64,000 nt of DNA from Balanoglossus misakiensis (lineage: Eukaryota; Animalia; Hemichordata). Positions within the stretch are counted from its first letter, which is position 1; each line of letters begins with the position of its first letter. The DNA lies in NCBI GenBank assembly GCA_040954595.2, contig CM082592.2:3674735-3738734 (forward strand). Reading direction: 5' to 3'. Shown here one piece after another: positions 10,985 through 20,999 of this stretch. The translations under genes and the position numbers were made by a program. The notes beneath the pieces were generated by a model that saw nothing but the letters and a program-made list of their open reading frames with translations, was not told where the DNA came from and ran no database searches.

Positions 10985-12883
10985 ATGGGTCGATATGGTT
11001 TGGCTCATATTGTAACCGATGTCAAAAGACACGCTTCTGAAATTAGGGACCCTGTGTACGGCGTGCTTGCAGCGGACGTCAACAGGTGGCGATTAACAAA
11101 ACTCCCTGTCCGATGGGAGCATGTACACGGGAGAGGAGAAGGTAGTGAGGACATTGGAAAGTCTTCTATACTATCGAGTAAGGGTATTGGTTACGTGAAA
11201 AACTGGTGGCTCGATTTTTCGTATCCAGGATCATATTTTGCAGTGGCCGTTTTATTGGAATTGGATGCCAAAGACTATATACAGAGTCCATTCTCTAGCG
11301 TGTTTAATAGCGTGTCATTGAGTCAAGATGCGAAGAATCGAGGGAAGTGCTTCGACATATCTCTAGTCAGAACTGGAGCAAGACATGGTACGCGTGCCTT
11401 GTTCTTTGATGACCTCAATCAAGTTCGTTTGGCAAGTCGCAAATATTTTGGTTTAGACTCAACTTTCACGGATGTCGTAAGTAAATACAAAGCGATCCGC
11501 GGGAGATATAACGCATACAGATCGAACGGTGGCTGCAGACTAAAGTATAAACGTGCAACATCCAACCAACATAATGTCAATATGGACGGTAGGGCGGACG
11601 GCAAAGCGTTGAATCATGAGGAACTGGAAATGACTAACCAGTTTACAAGTAAGCAAGATGCAGATCACGATACGCATGACACCCGAAAGGAAGGCGAAAC
11701 ACGACTGATACACATGTTAGGACAAAATAATGAAAAGGCCACTGTCCATGAGAGGACAGACTCGCCACGCACTCCTGCACCTAACACTGAAAATTCGCTG
11801 GCTAAGGAGTTGGCGTTAGTCAGCAAATTGGCACAGAATCTTCCCAAAGAGGACGCTGTACAGTTGATGGAACTGTTTGAGAATCGGGACGAGAAAATAA
11901 ATTCCATGGACAATATGGCGTTGACCATGTCGTTACAAGTTCAGAAAATCTTGCAACTAGTCAGTAACATAATGGACGAACAAAACACACCGGAATCCAG
12001 GAAACGCAGGGATGATCTTATGGAACTCCGTCAAAAACTCACCAGAGAGCCCATGGATCAAGGTCATATAAACGCCTCATTTTCGAAACTTGGTGAATCA
12101 TACCAAGACATATCGAAGGAAGCAAACAAGGTTCCCAGAGCATCTATGGACGAGGCAGTCAGTAATAAACTGATCGACTACTATAAACGTGTTACTAACG
12201 TGCTCAAGAAGCAATCAAACCCGGATACAATAAGTGAATCCAATATGTCCTCTTTGAGTAAAGATCAACAGGAACGCATGGCTAGAATTAAACAACATAT
12301 GTCAGAAAGCCCAGACATATACCAATACATACAGTCACTAGAGGCGGCAGTGGATAGTAGTCTACTCCAAGGTATACGTGAAAAATCCCCGCGACCACAC
12401 GGTAGTCTGTCGCGTCATGCTGCGCAACAAAATGCTACCTATAGAGACCGCGACGATGGGTATTCGCCACATTATCACACGCAAAAAATCACGGGACCTA
12501 GTCAGGAGCCCTACCAACGGCGTCAACCAACGCATGAGTGTATGTGTGAGGATTGTCAGCCCATACGTCACACCAAATCTCCCCACCTGCAGAACCGACG
12601 CCAAGGATCTCCGCAAGACCCCATAAAGACCCATCAATCTAAGCACAATTCTGAAGCTATGCAACAGCGCAAAGATGCGACCCAGTGTGATCGACAGCAA
12701 GACTGTACTGCAAAATCGTGTCGCCAACCGGACTCCGAGGATAAAATCGACGCCAGTTTCAGTGGTCATTCGGAGCACCAACAGACATTCTGGAAATTGA
12801 GGAAGCCAATAGTATACAATAATGATTTTCCGGAAGGATTTTGTGACGACGGACCACCAATAGTCAAGAGAATCAAACATTAG
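10985..12883 (+). CDS. Capsid maturation protease (assemblin/prohead protease-like) fused to scaffold
   Basis: LPVRWEH (cf. herpes LPLNINH), SVSLS (catalytic Ser motif) and FDISLVRTGARHGT (cf. HVALCSVGRRRGT). Helical/low-complexity C-terminal scaffold carries I-x-A/S sites. Lies next to the triplex and MCP genes. Confidence 0.8.
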   Translation: MGRYGLAHIVTDVKRHASEIRDPVYGVLAADVNRWRLTKLPVRWEHVHGRGEGSEDIGKSSILSSKGIGYVKNWWLDFSYPGSYFAVAVLLELDAKDYIQSPFSSVFNSVSLSQDAKNRGKCFDISLVRTGARHGTRALFFDDLNQVRLASRKYFGLDSTFTDVVSKYKAIRGRYNAYRSNGGCRLKYKRATSNQHNVNMDGRADGKALNHEELEMTNQFTSKQDADHDTHDTRKEGETRLIHMLGQNNEKATVHERTDSPRTPAPNTENSLAKELALVSKLAQNLPKEDAVQLMELFENRDEKINSMDNMALTMSLQVQKILQLVSNIMDEQNTPESRKRRDDLMELRQKLTREPMDQGHINASFSKLGESYQDISKEANKVPRASMDEAVSNKLIDYYKRVTNVLKKQSNPDTISESNMSSLSKDQQERMARIKQHMSESPDIYQYIQSLEAAVDSSLLQGIREKSPRPHGSLSRHAAQQNATYRDRDDGYSPHYHTQKITGPSQEPYQRRQPTHECMCEDCQPIRHTKSPHLQNRRQGSPQDPIKTHQSKHNSEAMQQRKDATQCDRQQDCTAKSCRQPDSEDKIDASFSGHSEHQQTFWKLRKPIVYNNDFPEGFCDDGPPIVKRIKH

Positions 12884-12917
12884 CGTGAGAGAATAATTTA
12901 CAACACAGGAAGAAAGA

Positions 12918-13838
12918 ATGTCCATCAGAAACGCGCAAGTAAAAGCCCCTCCAGTTGAAGGCCCAGTGATTGCGCTTGAAGTAGACCGCACGTTCGTTTC
13001 ACAAAACTTGGACGGTGCGAAGTTATCGGTCACTCAGGATGTGCTCTACCCGAGAGACGACAAGGTCACAATTGTACCGGGACAGGTACTGTTGGGACAC
13101 AGGGATTTTGCTTCTAGAAAGTGGGGAGTTGTTCCTTCACCAGCTGGGCTCATGGCAAAGTCATTTGATATACATACTGGAGATATCGAAAAAAGCAGGC
13201 AGATGTGGGAGTTAGACCCACAGGCGTATAAGGTACTGGGTATAGCTTCGACCGAATCCACCGATTGGGAAAAGGGTCAGCTAATGTCGATTGTGTCAAA
13301 GTCACCCAGTACGGGTTTTTTAAACACAGGAGGCAATTGGATAAGAGACGGACAACTTGTCTGTGTGCGTCTCCCAACCCACGAAGAAGCCAATCAACAC
13401 TTGCATCGGTATGGTTCGATCAAATTTGCCACCTATCCCCGCGACGATAACGACGTTCATTCAAATATATACGAGTTTATGGACTATCTAAGAATGGAAA
13501 AGGATATTGCTGTAGCAACAGGTCACCACAACAAAAGAGAATCGCTGAAAGCGCTCACCGAGATACTATCGCGTTCTGGGGAATTCATTTCGAGTCATAT
13601 AGTGCCAGAGCCAAGATCCCGAGCACAATTCGACAACTGGAAGCGTACGGGATATATTTTCAACACTCCATTAACCCTATTCACTGATGAAGCGCACAGG
13701 ATATCTTTGCAACATTTTCTCAACAATGTGGTCAAACTTGCCAACACAATTAGATCAAAGAACGACCTGATAATCTTAGGACTCGCCAGGCAAGATATAC
13801 ACCCTTACGAATACGGGAGCATAGAACTCTACGTTTAA
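12918..13838 (+). CDS. Putative capsid triplex subunit
   Basis: 306 aa, between protease and MCP. Beta-rich pattern IVPGQVL..VLGIA..FLNTGGNWIRDGQLVCVRLP..LGLARQDIHPYEYGSIEL resembles triplex/decoration proteins. Confidence 0.55.
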   Translation: MSIRNAQVKAPPVEGPVIALEVDRTFVSQNLDGAKLSVTQDVLYPRDDKVTIVPGQVLLGHRDFASRKWGVVPSPAGLMAKSFDIHTGDIEKSRQMWELDPQAYKVLGIASTESTDWEKGQLMSIVSKSPSTGFLNTGGNWIRDGQLVCVRLPTHEEANQHLHRYGSIKFATYPRDDNDVHSNIYEFMDYLRMEKDIAVATGHHNKRESLKALTEILSRSGEFISSHIVPEPRSRAQFDNWKRTGYIFNTPLTLFTDEAHRISLQHFLNNVVKLANTIRSKNDLIILGLARQDIHPYEYGSIELYV

Positions 13839-14510
13839 TATCTGTACGCGGAACACGTGTAATGGCATAAGACAATTTACCGTGGATTGTAATTTTTATC
13901 TTTATATATACATATTAAATAAATGTTACAAACAAAGTAATATAAGTAGTGAAACTTGCATGTCTACACACGAATAAATACACATAGACGATCATATGGG
14001 TTAAAATGAATTTATTTTTAACATGTTGTAAGAGAGTGTGCTGTATGTGATAAAAAATCACCTACACAGTTCTCATCTACATAACAATAAAACTCCTTCT
14101 GTGATTGGTTCACCGCCGACCAGTCTCAAGTCCAGTTGGGGTCGTTAAAATTGCGGCCTTTATGACTTCAATGACTAACGAATGAAGTCAATATGACCGC
14201 CGTTTCACCCCCCCCCCCCCTCATATGTTACGGGGGAAATCATTACAACTGTACCATGGAATCCTCCTGTACATTACTTGTACCTTTCACCATGGACTAT
14301 GCGTTGTGCTTCTTCATCATCTTCGTAGATGTACCGAATATAACAGTCCATGGTGTCAGACTTGTAGCCACGAATAATGATTACTATCCTTTAGATGGGA
14401 TTCAGCTATGCGTCTTCTCTGTTACAGCATGTTTCGCCAAAAGTGGTTCGTCAGAGATATTATATTAATAATGTGTTAGAATAGCGATACGTGTATAAAG
14501 GTATTTCAAA

Positions 14511-17500
14511 ATGCTGAATCCGTTCAGACGGGGTCAACCCAACATGAGCAGGCCTTTGATGACGTCTGATCTACTAAATTTTGACAATTTTTTTGCAGAC
14601 GACGGGTCAAACCCGCCCTCTGGTCAGGGTCGATTCGGGGGAACATTCTCATCCAATCCAAACTATATCGGACATCGAAACCAGGGTCACACTGCCACAG
14701 ACACCGATTGGGTTGCCCCGAAAGATGTCTTATTGAGTCAAAGGATATTATACGACTCGATCTCGCCTGATGAAGGCGTTGTTAAAGTGGGTGGTGATAG
14801 GTTGGCTTGGTTTTGTCCCATCGCTATTTTCAATGGAAGACCCAATTTTGCAATACAGGAAATCATCGCCCCGGCTTCAGTTGTAGATAAATGTACATCC
14901 GCGTCTACTCTGCCAACACTGGGCGTTGAAAAGCAGTCGAGACAGTATACCATGGATATGATGGGCGTTGCCATCAGTTTAGCTCCAGAGCTTATTCAAA
15001 GAGGGACTGTTAACCAGATAAGGAATGCGTACAAACTCAAGGTCAAACAGGTGGTCGACAGTATCGCAATGACACTACAGGCAGTAGTATACAGTAATGT
15101 ATTCGGTGGTCCCACACTCGAATACATGGAGTTTCGCAGGATGGGCAACGAAAGAGATGTTTCTAGAGCTAACCTATTTTATGGTACATATCAGAAAAGA
15201 ATCGACAATTTTCTACTATGGAACCTGGGGCGAACAAACAAGAAAGCTGTGTTAATTGACTTGGATAACTGTTTGAATTACAGTTCGAACAACGACGGTG
15301 ATGCCGACACAATAATATGTCACCCTGTCGTCGCAGGTGTCTTGAGGGAAACTGTCGCGCCTAATCTAGGCACGCAAGAAACTCGAGAAACCTATTTTGT
15401 GAATACGTCTGATAATCACATTGTGTATAATCACCATCTTCAACCAGACCCAAACCTCTCCCACCAAGTTCATGCTCCAAATTTAAGAACAATAGTTAAT
15501 GCAAAAGTTAAGTACATTATTCCCTGTCCGGATGTACGAATAAACAATGTCAAGTCGAATCTCAGTGAACTCGAGGCCAACTTCAAATCGTTTAACGTTA
15601 TAGGATATTGTCCATTACTGCAACAAATGGGTAGTCTACTGGACTTCAAACAAACCACATCTGTGGATTGGAATTCCATATACGTTACCGACTTTGAGAA
15701 ACGATACGATTCGAGGGTTACCTTGGACGAGGTGATGGAACAGGGTGGTTATTTTGTACCAGAAACATACAACGCGAGTTCTTATAACAATCTATTGAGA
15801 AGTGCAGACTTTATTGAATTGACGACCATAACACCAGCCGAGTATTATCGATCATGCACAATGCCTTTCACTGGAAAGGAGAAATCCTGCTTGTTAGATC
15901 CTAGTCGAAAAGTGTATTATGACCCGGACAGACAAACATTTCTACCCGCGTTCACTTATGGACACAGCAACGTGAGCACCTGTCCCGTCGACAGGGGTGA
16001 CATTGTCGCCGGTATGACGTTCATGTCCAGGACAATGGTTGGCCTCGGAGAGCATTGCGACGAGGAATTGTTATGCAACTATGTAAGAGACTGTCTGTCG
16101 CTGGAATGGTCTCAGGAGGATTTCGACACCCTTATGCTGTTTGATCGCACACCGTTTCACGAGGCAATGGGCGATGTGGCAGAAGTTGGCAACACCAGTG
16201 ATGGGAATGGAAGTGGAGAAGGTTCAGGTAGCCAGGGGACATTGGCCCAAAGGGTTATCAGGGACGTCACTTCTCATAGTGGCGCCACACATTTTACCAA
16301 TTACGATCAATTGCTAATCGTCCGTCATATTTGTCAGCAACGCAGATGCATCGATCGAGAAAGAGAGGAAGGTGGTCGTGCAGGTGCTACCGCTATGAAC
16401 GCATTAGACTGCGCAATTGTCAACATTACTATGATTATAGAATGGGTAGACTTACTCTATGACAAATATAAAACAGTAACCAAATCCAGGCCAGATACTA
16501 CACACAGTTGGTTGTTCACGCCATTGGGTCATGAGACTCTACAAAAAGTATTTCACGATGACCGCCTAGATGAAGCGGATGAGAGAGATTACACGCATAT
16601 GTTACGCAACAAGGCTGCTCTGTACCACAATGTATTTCTGAGAGCATTTTCGCCGGTTGTATATGTTGCGGGAAATTCTTCTTTAGACGAAGCTATAGAG
16701 GCCGGCATCGTGAACGTTGTGGGGCTGGGTGACATTACACTGAACGAGGAGGTTTATCATTACAATTGTAACTTTAGTACATATTCAGCCAGGCGGACAT
16801 TCAATACTATAGCTGATTCGTCATTCATACGCCCCAAGCAAAGATTTGTTATCTCCGATTTGAGTCCATTGCACTCATACAACAATGACTCTCCTGTCGA
16901 TGCGGAACACTTTCTGAACCATAACTATTCCTACAGGTTGTCATGGATCTGCAGTTCGTCATACAGTCTCATGATCAAGTGTTTTACCATGATTTTCATT
17001 AGCATGTTACAAAACCCAACCACTACTAGAGCGTTAGCAAAAGAAGGGATATATTTAAACACGGCGTTTCTTTTGTTCAGAAATGTGGTACAGCGGACAT
17101 GTAGCATCGCCATGGCGCGATCTGGTAGAGAGAACAGGTTCTTGTTTTGTGGCAATAGCACTACAAATAGTTACCATAGTAATGCCACCAGTTATGTGAC
17201 GAATTGTCGTTTCGAGACAAATATGGTGGACTTCGACCCGATCAATAACACCAGGGTACAGTTGCACGTGGGAGGTCTGGGTTATAACAGGGGGATGGGT
17301 TCAAAAATTAGGGACCCGTTCACGGAGGGGACGTCCGATGGTAGGGGCGACTTTGTTGTTGTACCTATGTGTCCGATCGTAGATGTTGGGCTCTGGAATC
17401 ACATTCAACCTATGAACGGGCGAGTTACGTTCGAAGATGGTAATTCAAACAAAAAGGCCACGAGAATAGACACTGTCCAAGGTATTTACACCAATAATCC

Positions 17501-17978
17501 GTGGTCAACGGCTGGACTGTCAGAGGCTCAGATTATACATGGTAACATGCGACATCCCTTATGGGTTCACAATAGTAACAAGCACGGGACGTTCAAGTGT
17601 TTCTTACAGGCCAAGACACCGTCACCACAATACCAAGTTGGTATTGATGAATTTTATAGGCCCATAGATTCCAATGGTCTACAGAGAGAATCAAACATAG
17701 CTGTACAGGGTAGGCAGTACCACAACAACATTGACTGTCCATACGCTTTCAAGACTCTTAACAGAGGGTTTTATGGAATGGACGAAAATAGTAGCAATCG
17801 CTTCCAAGACGCCCTCAACGTCTCCACCGTTCGTGATGACGAAGGTTTACATCTGATGGATCCAATCACGATTCAACCGTCTGTCAAGAGAACGGACAAG
17901 TACTACGCAGAGACTGGAATCCGTAAGAAATTCAAGCCAGACGACGCGTCGCGTCAACACAGACTAATACCTATTTAG
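14511..17978 (+). CDS. Major capsid protein, HK97 fold with large insertion (herpesvirus/mirusvirus type)
   Basis: 1155 aa. The N-terminal segment WFCPIA..QEIIAPASVV..TLPTL..QSRQYTMDMMGVAISLAPELI..YKLKVKQVVDSIAMTLQAVVYSNV fits an E-loop plus spine-helix pattern. Adjacent to the protease and triplex genes. TATAAA at ~14495. Confidence 0.75.
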   Translation: MLNPFRRGQPNMSRPLMTSDLLNFDNFFADDGSNPPSGQGRFGGTFSSNPNYIGHRNQGHTATDTDWVAPKDVLLSQRILYDSISPDEGVVKVGGDRLAWFCPIAIFNGRPNFAIQEIIAPASVVDKCTSASTLPTLGVEKQSRQYTMDMMGVAISLAPELIQRGTVNQIRNAYKLKVKQVVDSIAMTLQAVVYSNVFGGPTLEYMEFRRMGNERDVSRANLFYGTYQKRIDNFLLWNLGRTNKKAVLIDLDNCLNYSSNNDGDADTIICHPVVAGVLRETVAPNLGTQETRETYFVNTSDNHIVYNHHLQPDPNLSHQVHAPNLRTIVNAKVKYIIPCPDVRINNVKSNLSELEANFKSFNVIGYCPLLQQMGSLLDFKQTTSVDWNSIYVTDFEKRYDSRVTLDEVMEQGGYFVPETYNASSYNNLLRSADFIELTTITPAEYYRSCTMPFTGKEKSCLLDPSRKVYYDPDRQTFLPAFTYGHSNVSTCPVDRGDIVAGMTFMSRTMVGLGEHCDEELLCNYVRDCLSLEWSQEDFDTLMLFDRTPFHEAMGDVAEVGNTSDGNGSGEGSGSQGTLAQRVIRDVTSHSGATHFTNYDQLLIVRHICQQRRCIDREREEGGRAGATAMNALDCAIVNITMIIEWVDLLYDKYKTVTKSRPDTTHSWLFTPLGHETLQKVFHDDRLDEADERDYTHMLRNKAALYHNVFLRAFSPVVYVAGNSSLDEAIEAGIVNVVGLGDITLNEEVYHYNCNFSTYSARRTFNTIADSSFIRPKQRFVISDLSPLHSYNNDSPVDAEHFLNHNYSYRLSWICSSSYSLMIKCFTMIFISMLQNPTTTRALAKEGIYLNTAFLLFRNVVQRTCSIAMARSGRENRFLFCGNSTTNSYHSNATSYVTNCRFETNMVDFDPINNTRVQLHVGGLGYNRGMGSKIRDPFTEGTSDGRGDFVVVPMCPIVDVGLWNHIQPMNGRVTFEDGNSNKKATRIDTVQGIYTNNPWSTAGLSEAQIIHGNMRHPLWVHNSNKHGTFKCFLQAKTPSPQYQVGIDEFYRPIDSNGLQRESNIAVQGRQYHNNIDCPYAFKTLNRGFYGMDENSSNRFQDALNVSTVRDDEGLHLMDPITIQPSVKRTDKYYAETGIRKKFKPDDASRQHRLIPI

Positions 17979-18267
17979 ATCGAAGGGATAACTGTCAAAT
18001 CAGTTTCGTTTAATCCCACCCGCATAGATAGATAAAAGTTTTGTTAAGGCCAGAGAGAAAAAAAAATCTTGTTCATCGGATTTTTTGGATGATGGTCCAG
18101 GAGCGGCGAGCGAATATTTTTTTTTTTTTTTTTTTTAGGCTCGTGCTCTTTCATTTTGTTACCTGTATGTGTAGGTCTACCTGTGCTGTACTATATGTAA
18201 TGTATGACTTATACGGCCGAAATAAAAAGTTGAACCACCAGAAGTGACAACCACAATTTTTTCCGAG

Positions 18268-19649
18268 CATGGTGTATTATTTGCTGACCTTATATTGGCA
18301 AGCTTCACAAATGGTGACCCCGACGTGATGAATTCTCAAGGCATGAGTGTATTGTATTTACAATCGTGACGTTACTGGTTACCGACTCACCCTCTCCAGA
18401 CAAGTGACGCACACGATCACGGCCAGTATGTATGGCAGGAAATCACACGCATTAATTCCCGAATAAAATTTGGGATAACGATTATTTAAAACGGAATGCT
18501 TGTTTTGAGAAAGCTGCCCGTCTCGCGCATAAAAGTTCAACATATTTGAAATATCTTAAATAAAAGTGAATAAGCTTTCAATATATATATAATGACAACA
18601 AAATGGTTTAACACGTAACAAAAATATAAATTCTGTACAAAAATTCATGAATTCTTGTCAATGAATCTCAGATATAATAAATAATGTCTATACAGCGTGG
18701 TTTTGATTGTCTTTTCCATGTAACGTAAATACCACAACGTAGTTCTTCTCCAGTCGATGGGAAAATATAGTCTCTTGCCATGGACGAGCGAAATTTAATC
18801 TATCAGGGAAATATATCTGCTCACAAATGCGCGCCATATTGGGTGGCAAATCGCGTCGTCGTCATCAAAAGTGGAAATCAACACTAGAACGTGAACATCG
18901 CTTTTGATGTCCGTTTCTCGAGTCACAGTTTCAAGTCTGAATACTCCAACACGACATATTAAAGCTCTGTCTCTTCCACCTCCAGTTTTGATTGTATAAA
19001 CATCGTCGCGTCCGATGGCGCGATCATTTGGTGCAGCGTTCGGTCGGGTGCGAAATTTTCACTTCAAGACGGTGTGATTTTTTTCCTCATACTAATTCTG
19101 TGTAACTACGAGTCTTGGCTGTCATTATGAATACGATTTCAGTTCGGCAAAAACTTCTGAAAAATACGTACTCTCCTTGTTTATCCGTAACATGTTGGCA
19201 CTACAGTCATTTATAATTTTCAGGCTTCTGTCCCCGAATCTGTCTCTGTCGTCTTCAACTAGGAACGGTTTTAGCGGATAACTGATCTCGTTGCCCACGT
19301 AACTATAGGATAAGTACAGACATGTGAGCACGACGGCTTGTAGCTCAGACTCGGAGGTGATTTTGTCGTCGACCAAGTCCCGACATAACATGTACACGAA
19401 GACAAGGTTTGCCGGGGTGATGAAGGCAATGTCCTGCCACCCTTGCAAGAGCAGGGACCTGTCCACTGATCGCAGCCACATTATGGCATCGTTGCCTTCG
19501 AAGTCCCGCAAGCAGGAGCATCGCCGACTGAGGAAATTTCCCAGACACTTCAGCAGTTCTCCGGTGGACGCTTGGATGGTTTTCTTGGTGTTCGGCGTTT
19601 TCACCGCCATGGTGTATTATTTGCTGACCCTATATTGGCAAGCTTCACA
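18268..19649. repeat. 42-bp direct repeat pair (18268-18309 and 19608-19649) bracketing the cargo
   Basis: catggtgtattatttgctgacc(t/c)tatattggcaagcttcaca, one mismatch. Confidence 0.95.
19125..19610 (-). CDS. CDK5R1: CDK5 activator (p35/p39 family), activation domain only (p25-like)
   Basis: [74 protein letters not shown] closely matches the animal p35 C-terminal domain. Confidence 0.95.
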   Translation of the reverse strand: MAVKTPNTKKTIQASTGELLKCLGNFLSRRCSCLRDFEGNDAIMWLRSVDRSLLLQGWQDIAFITPANLVFVYMLCRDLVDDKITSESELQAVVLTCLYLSYSYVGNEISYPLKPFLVEDDRDRFGDRSLKIINDCSANMLRINKESTYFSEVFAELKSYS

Positions 19650-20028
19650 CGATGAACAATTTATTTTTCTTCCTGGCCTAATTGTCTCTGTACTGTCCGT
19701 GTTGCCAGCCAATCCACTCATTTATTCCGCTGCTTTGATATAATTACATGCCTATGCAAATAGGGAAAGATATACAAATCTACATGCCTTTTTTTATACA
19801 CCACATAATACGTAAGTGCATGTATTCCAACTGTAATACATTGGATAGACCGTGTGCGTGCGTGTCACTATCCTGCGTGTAAAATTGGCGAGTATAATTT
19901 TTAGAGACAACTCGGCTTTTGTGGCTCATAATTCTAATTATATCAAAGTACAACGCCAACAGTCCTATACATCTGGCGTTGACATAACCTATTAGCGTGT
20001 GCAGAGAACAGTATTGTTTAGTTGAACC

Positions 20029-20394
20029 ATGAGAATTTTACTCGCTACTTTTATGGGGGTTCTCTTTATATCATTTATTATCGGTCTTACAAACTTCGTC
20101 AAATCTTTACCGTCACATCATAATCCAAAGTCCCCGATAGCGCCACCCTTTTATTTACGGTGGTGTAAAGATTCCCTCTATACTACGCTGTCAGAGACGA
20201 CCGAATGGGTACCCGATCAATTAACGAATCTGATGTACAACTCCACCTACACCCCAATGCCATTGAGGAAAGTGAGCAAAGAAACAGTAGGTTGGATGGC
20301 ACAGAGGCTTTTAAACATCAAGTCTGCTATTACGCCCAACGCTCCAAAAGCCTTAGTAGGATACACGATAGATATTTCTATACAGGGTCCTTAG
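20029..20394 (+). CDS. Small protein with N-terminal signal/TM segment
   Basis: Hydrophobic N-terminus MRILLATFMGVLFISFIIGL. Overlaps the next ORF, so the gene model is uncertain. Confidence 0.45.
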   Translation: MRILLATFMGVLFISFIIGLTNFVKSLPSHHNPKSPIAPPFYLRWCKDSLYTTLSETTEWVPDQLTNLMYNSTYTPMPLRKVSKETVGWMAQRLLNIKSAITPNAPKALVGYTIDISIQGP

Positions 20395-20906
20395 TAGTTG
20401 TGTTCGGACTAATGCTCGCTTCGCTGACCAACACTCTGTATCTCAACCATCTACATTCCAAGATAGCAGACGAACAATGCGAGTTGCCATTCGGGGATGT
20501 CATTGATATCAACGAATATGGATACACTGTACACACATTCAATGGTCGTTTGTTGTTAAACAGAAAAAGTAGCGGGTCACAATTACCAGCAGGCCCTTGT
20601 ACACACTTCAATTCGACTGTACAAGAAGCTGTCCAATGTGAATCTGAGATAATGTTATACGATATAAAAGGCGAACCATACTATGCTTTGCGCATGTTCA
20701 GAGATCAATCAAACCACACATTTTTAGTACAAGGGCCTTATAGTGGCAACGGCGACGAACACCAAGTCCACATCCGTACCGACCTTCAGTCTGGTAATGT
20801 CGTCGTTGGATATGGTCCAGTGCCGCCAAACAAAGTACCAGATGCAGAACTGTATGTAGACGGATTTATTTATGCTGCTACCTTGGATAGAAGTAGTTTC
20901 AATTAG
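20205..20906 (+). CDS. Putative type II membrane protein
   Basis: TM segment SLVVVFGLMLASL followed by a beta-rich ectodomain with N-glycosylation sequons. Start uncertain. Confidence 0.5.
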   Translation: MGTRSINESDVQLHLHPNAIEESEQRNSRLDGTEAFKHQVCYYAQRSKSLSRIHDRYFYTGSLVVVFGLMLASLTNTLYLNHLHSKIADEQCELPFGDVIDINEYGYTVHTFNGRLLLNRKSSGSQLPAGPCTHFNSTVQEAVQCESEIMLYDIKGEPYYALRMFRDQSNHTFLVQGPYSGNGDEHQVHIRTDLQSGNVVVGYGPVPPNKVPDAELYVDGFIYAATLDRSSFN

Positions 20907-20999
20907 AACGAGACTGGGACACTGTTATCGAACATAACGGCGCCCCTATTTAATCCCACCTGTCAAACTAAGTATACCAGAACGAACGACATACTTGGC

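Larger units (their letters stand above)
18048..19678. mobile_element. Non-autonomous PIF/Harbinger-type element carrying captured host gene (Pack-TIR)
   Basis: Left TIR GGCCAGAGAGAAAAAAAAATCTTGTTCATCG (18048-18078). Right TIR reverse complement GGCCAGGAAGAAAAATAAATTGTTCATCG (19650-19678). TAA on both sides (18045-18047, 19679-19681). Confidence 0.8.

Noticed and set aside
14050-14470. ORF 14193..14468 and a possible spliced minus-strand micro-gene (MDCYIRYIYEDDEEAQ...)
   Set aside because: The plus ORF runs through a poly-C tract. The candidate minus-strand donors and acceptor are out of phase.
18150-18270. 39-codon minus-strand ORF starting at the ATG of the left 42-bp repeat
   Set aside because: Lies in MITE interior sequence with no protein-like features.
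19629-19638. Perfect CArG box (CCTATATTGG) upstream of the CDK5 activator
   Set aside because: Only ~20 bp from the ATG and created by a single-base difference between the repeats. Function unsupported.
18009-20960. 12-bp motif TTTAATCCCACC at 18009 and 20949 as a viral promoter element
   Set aside because: Only two copies were noticed, which is not enough to separate it from chance.
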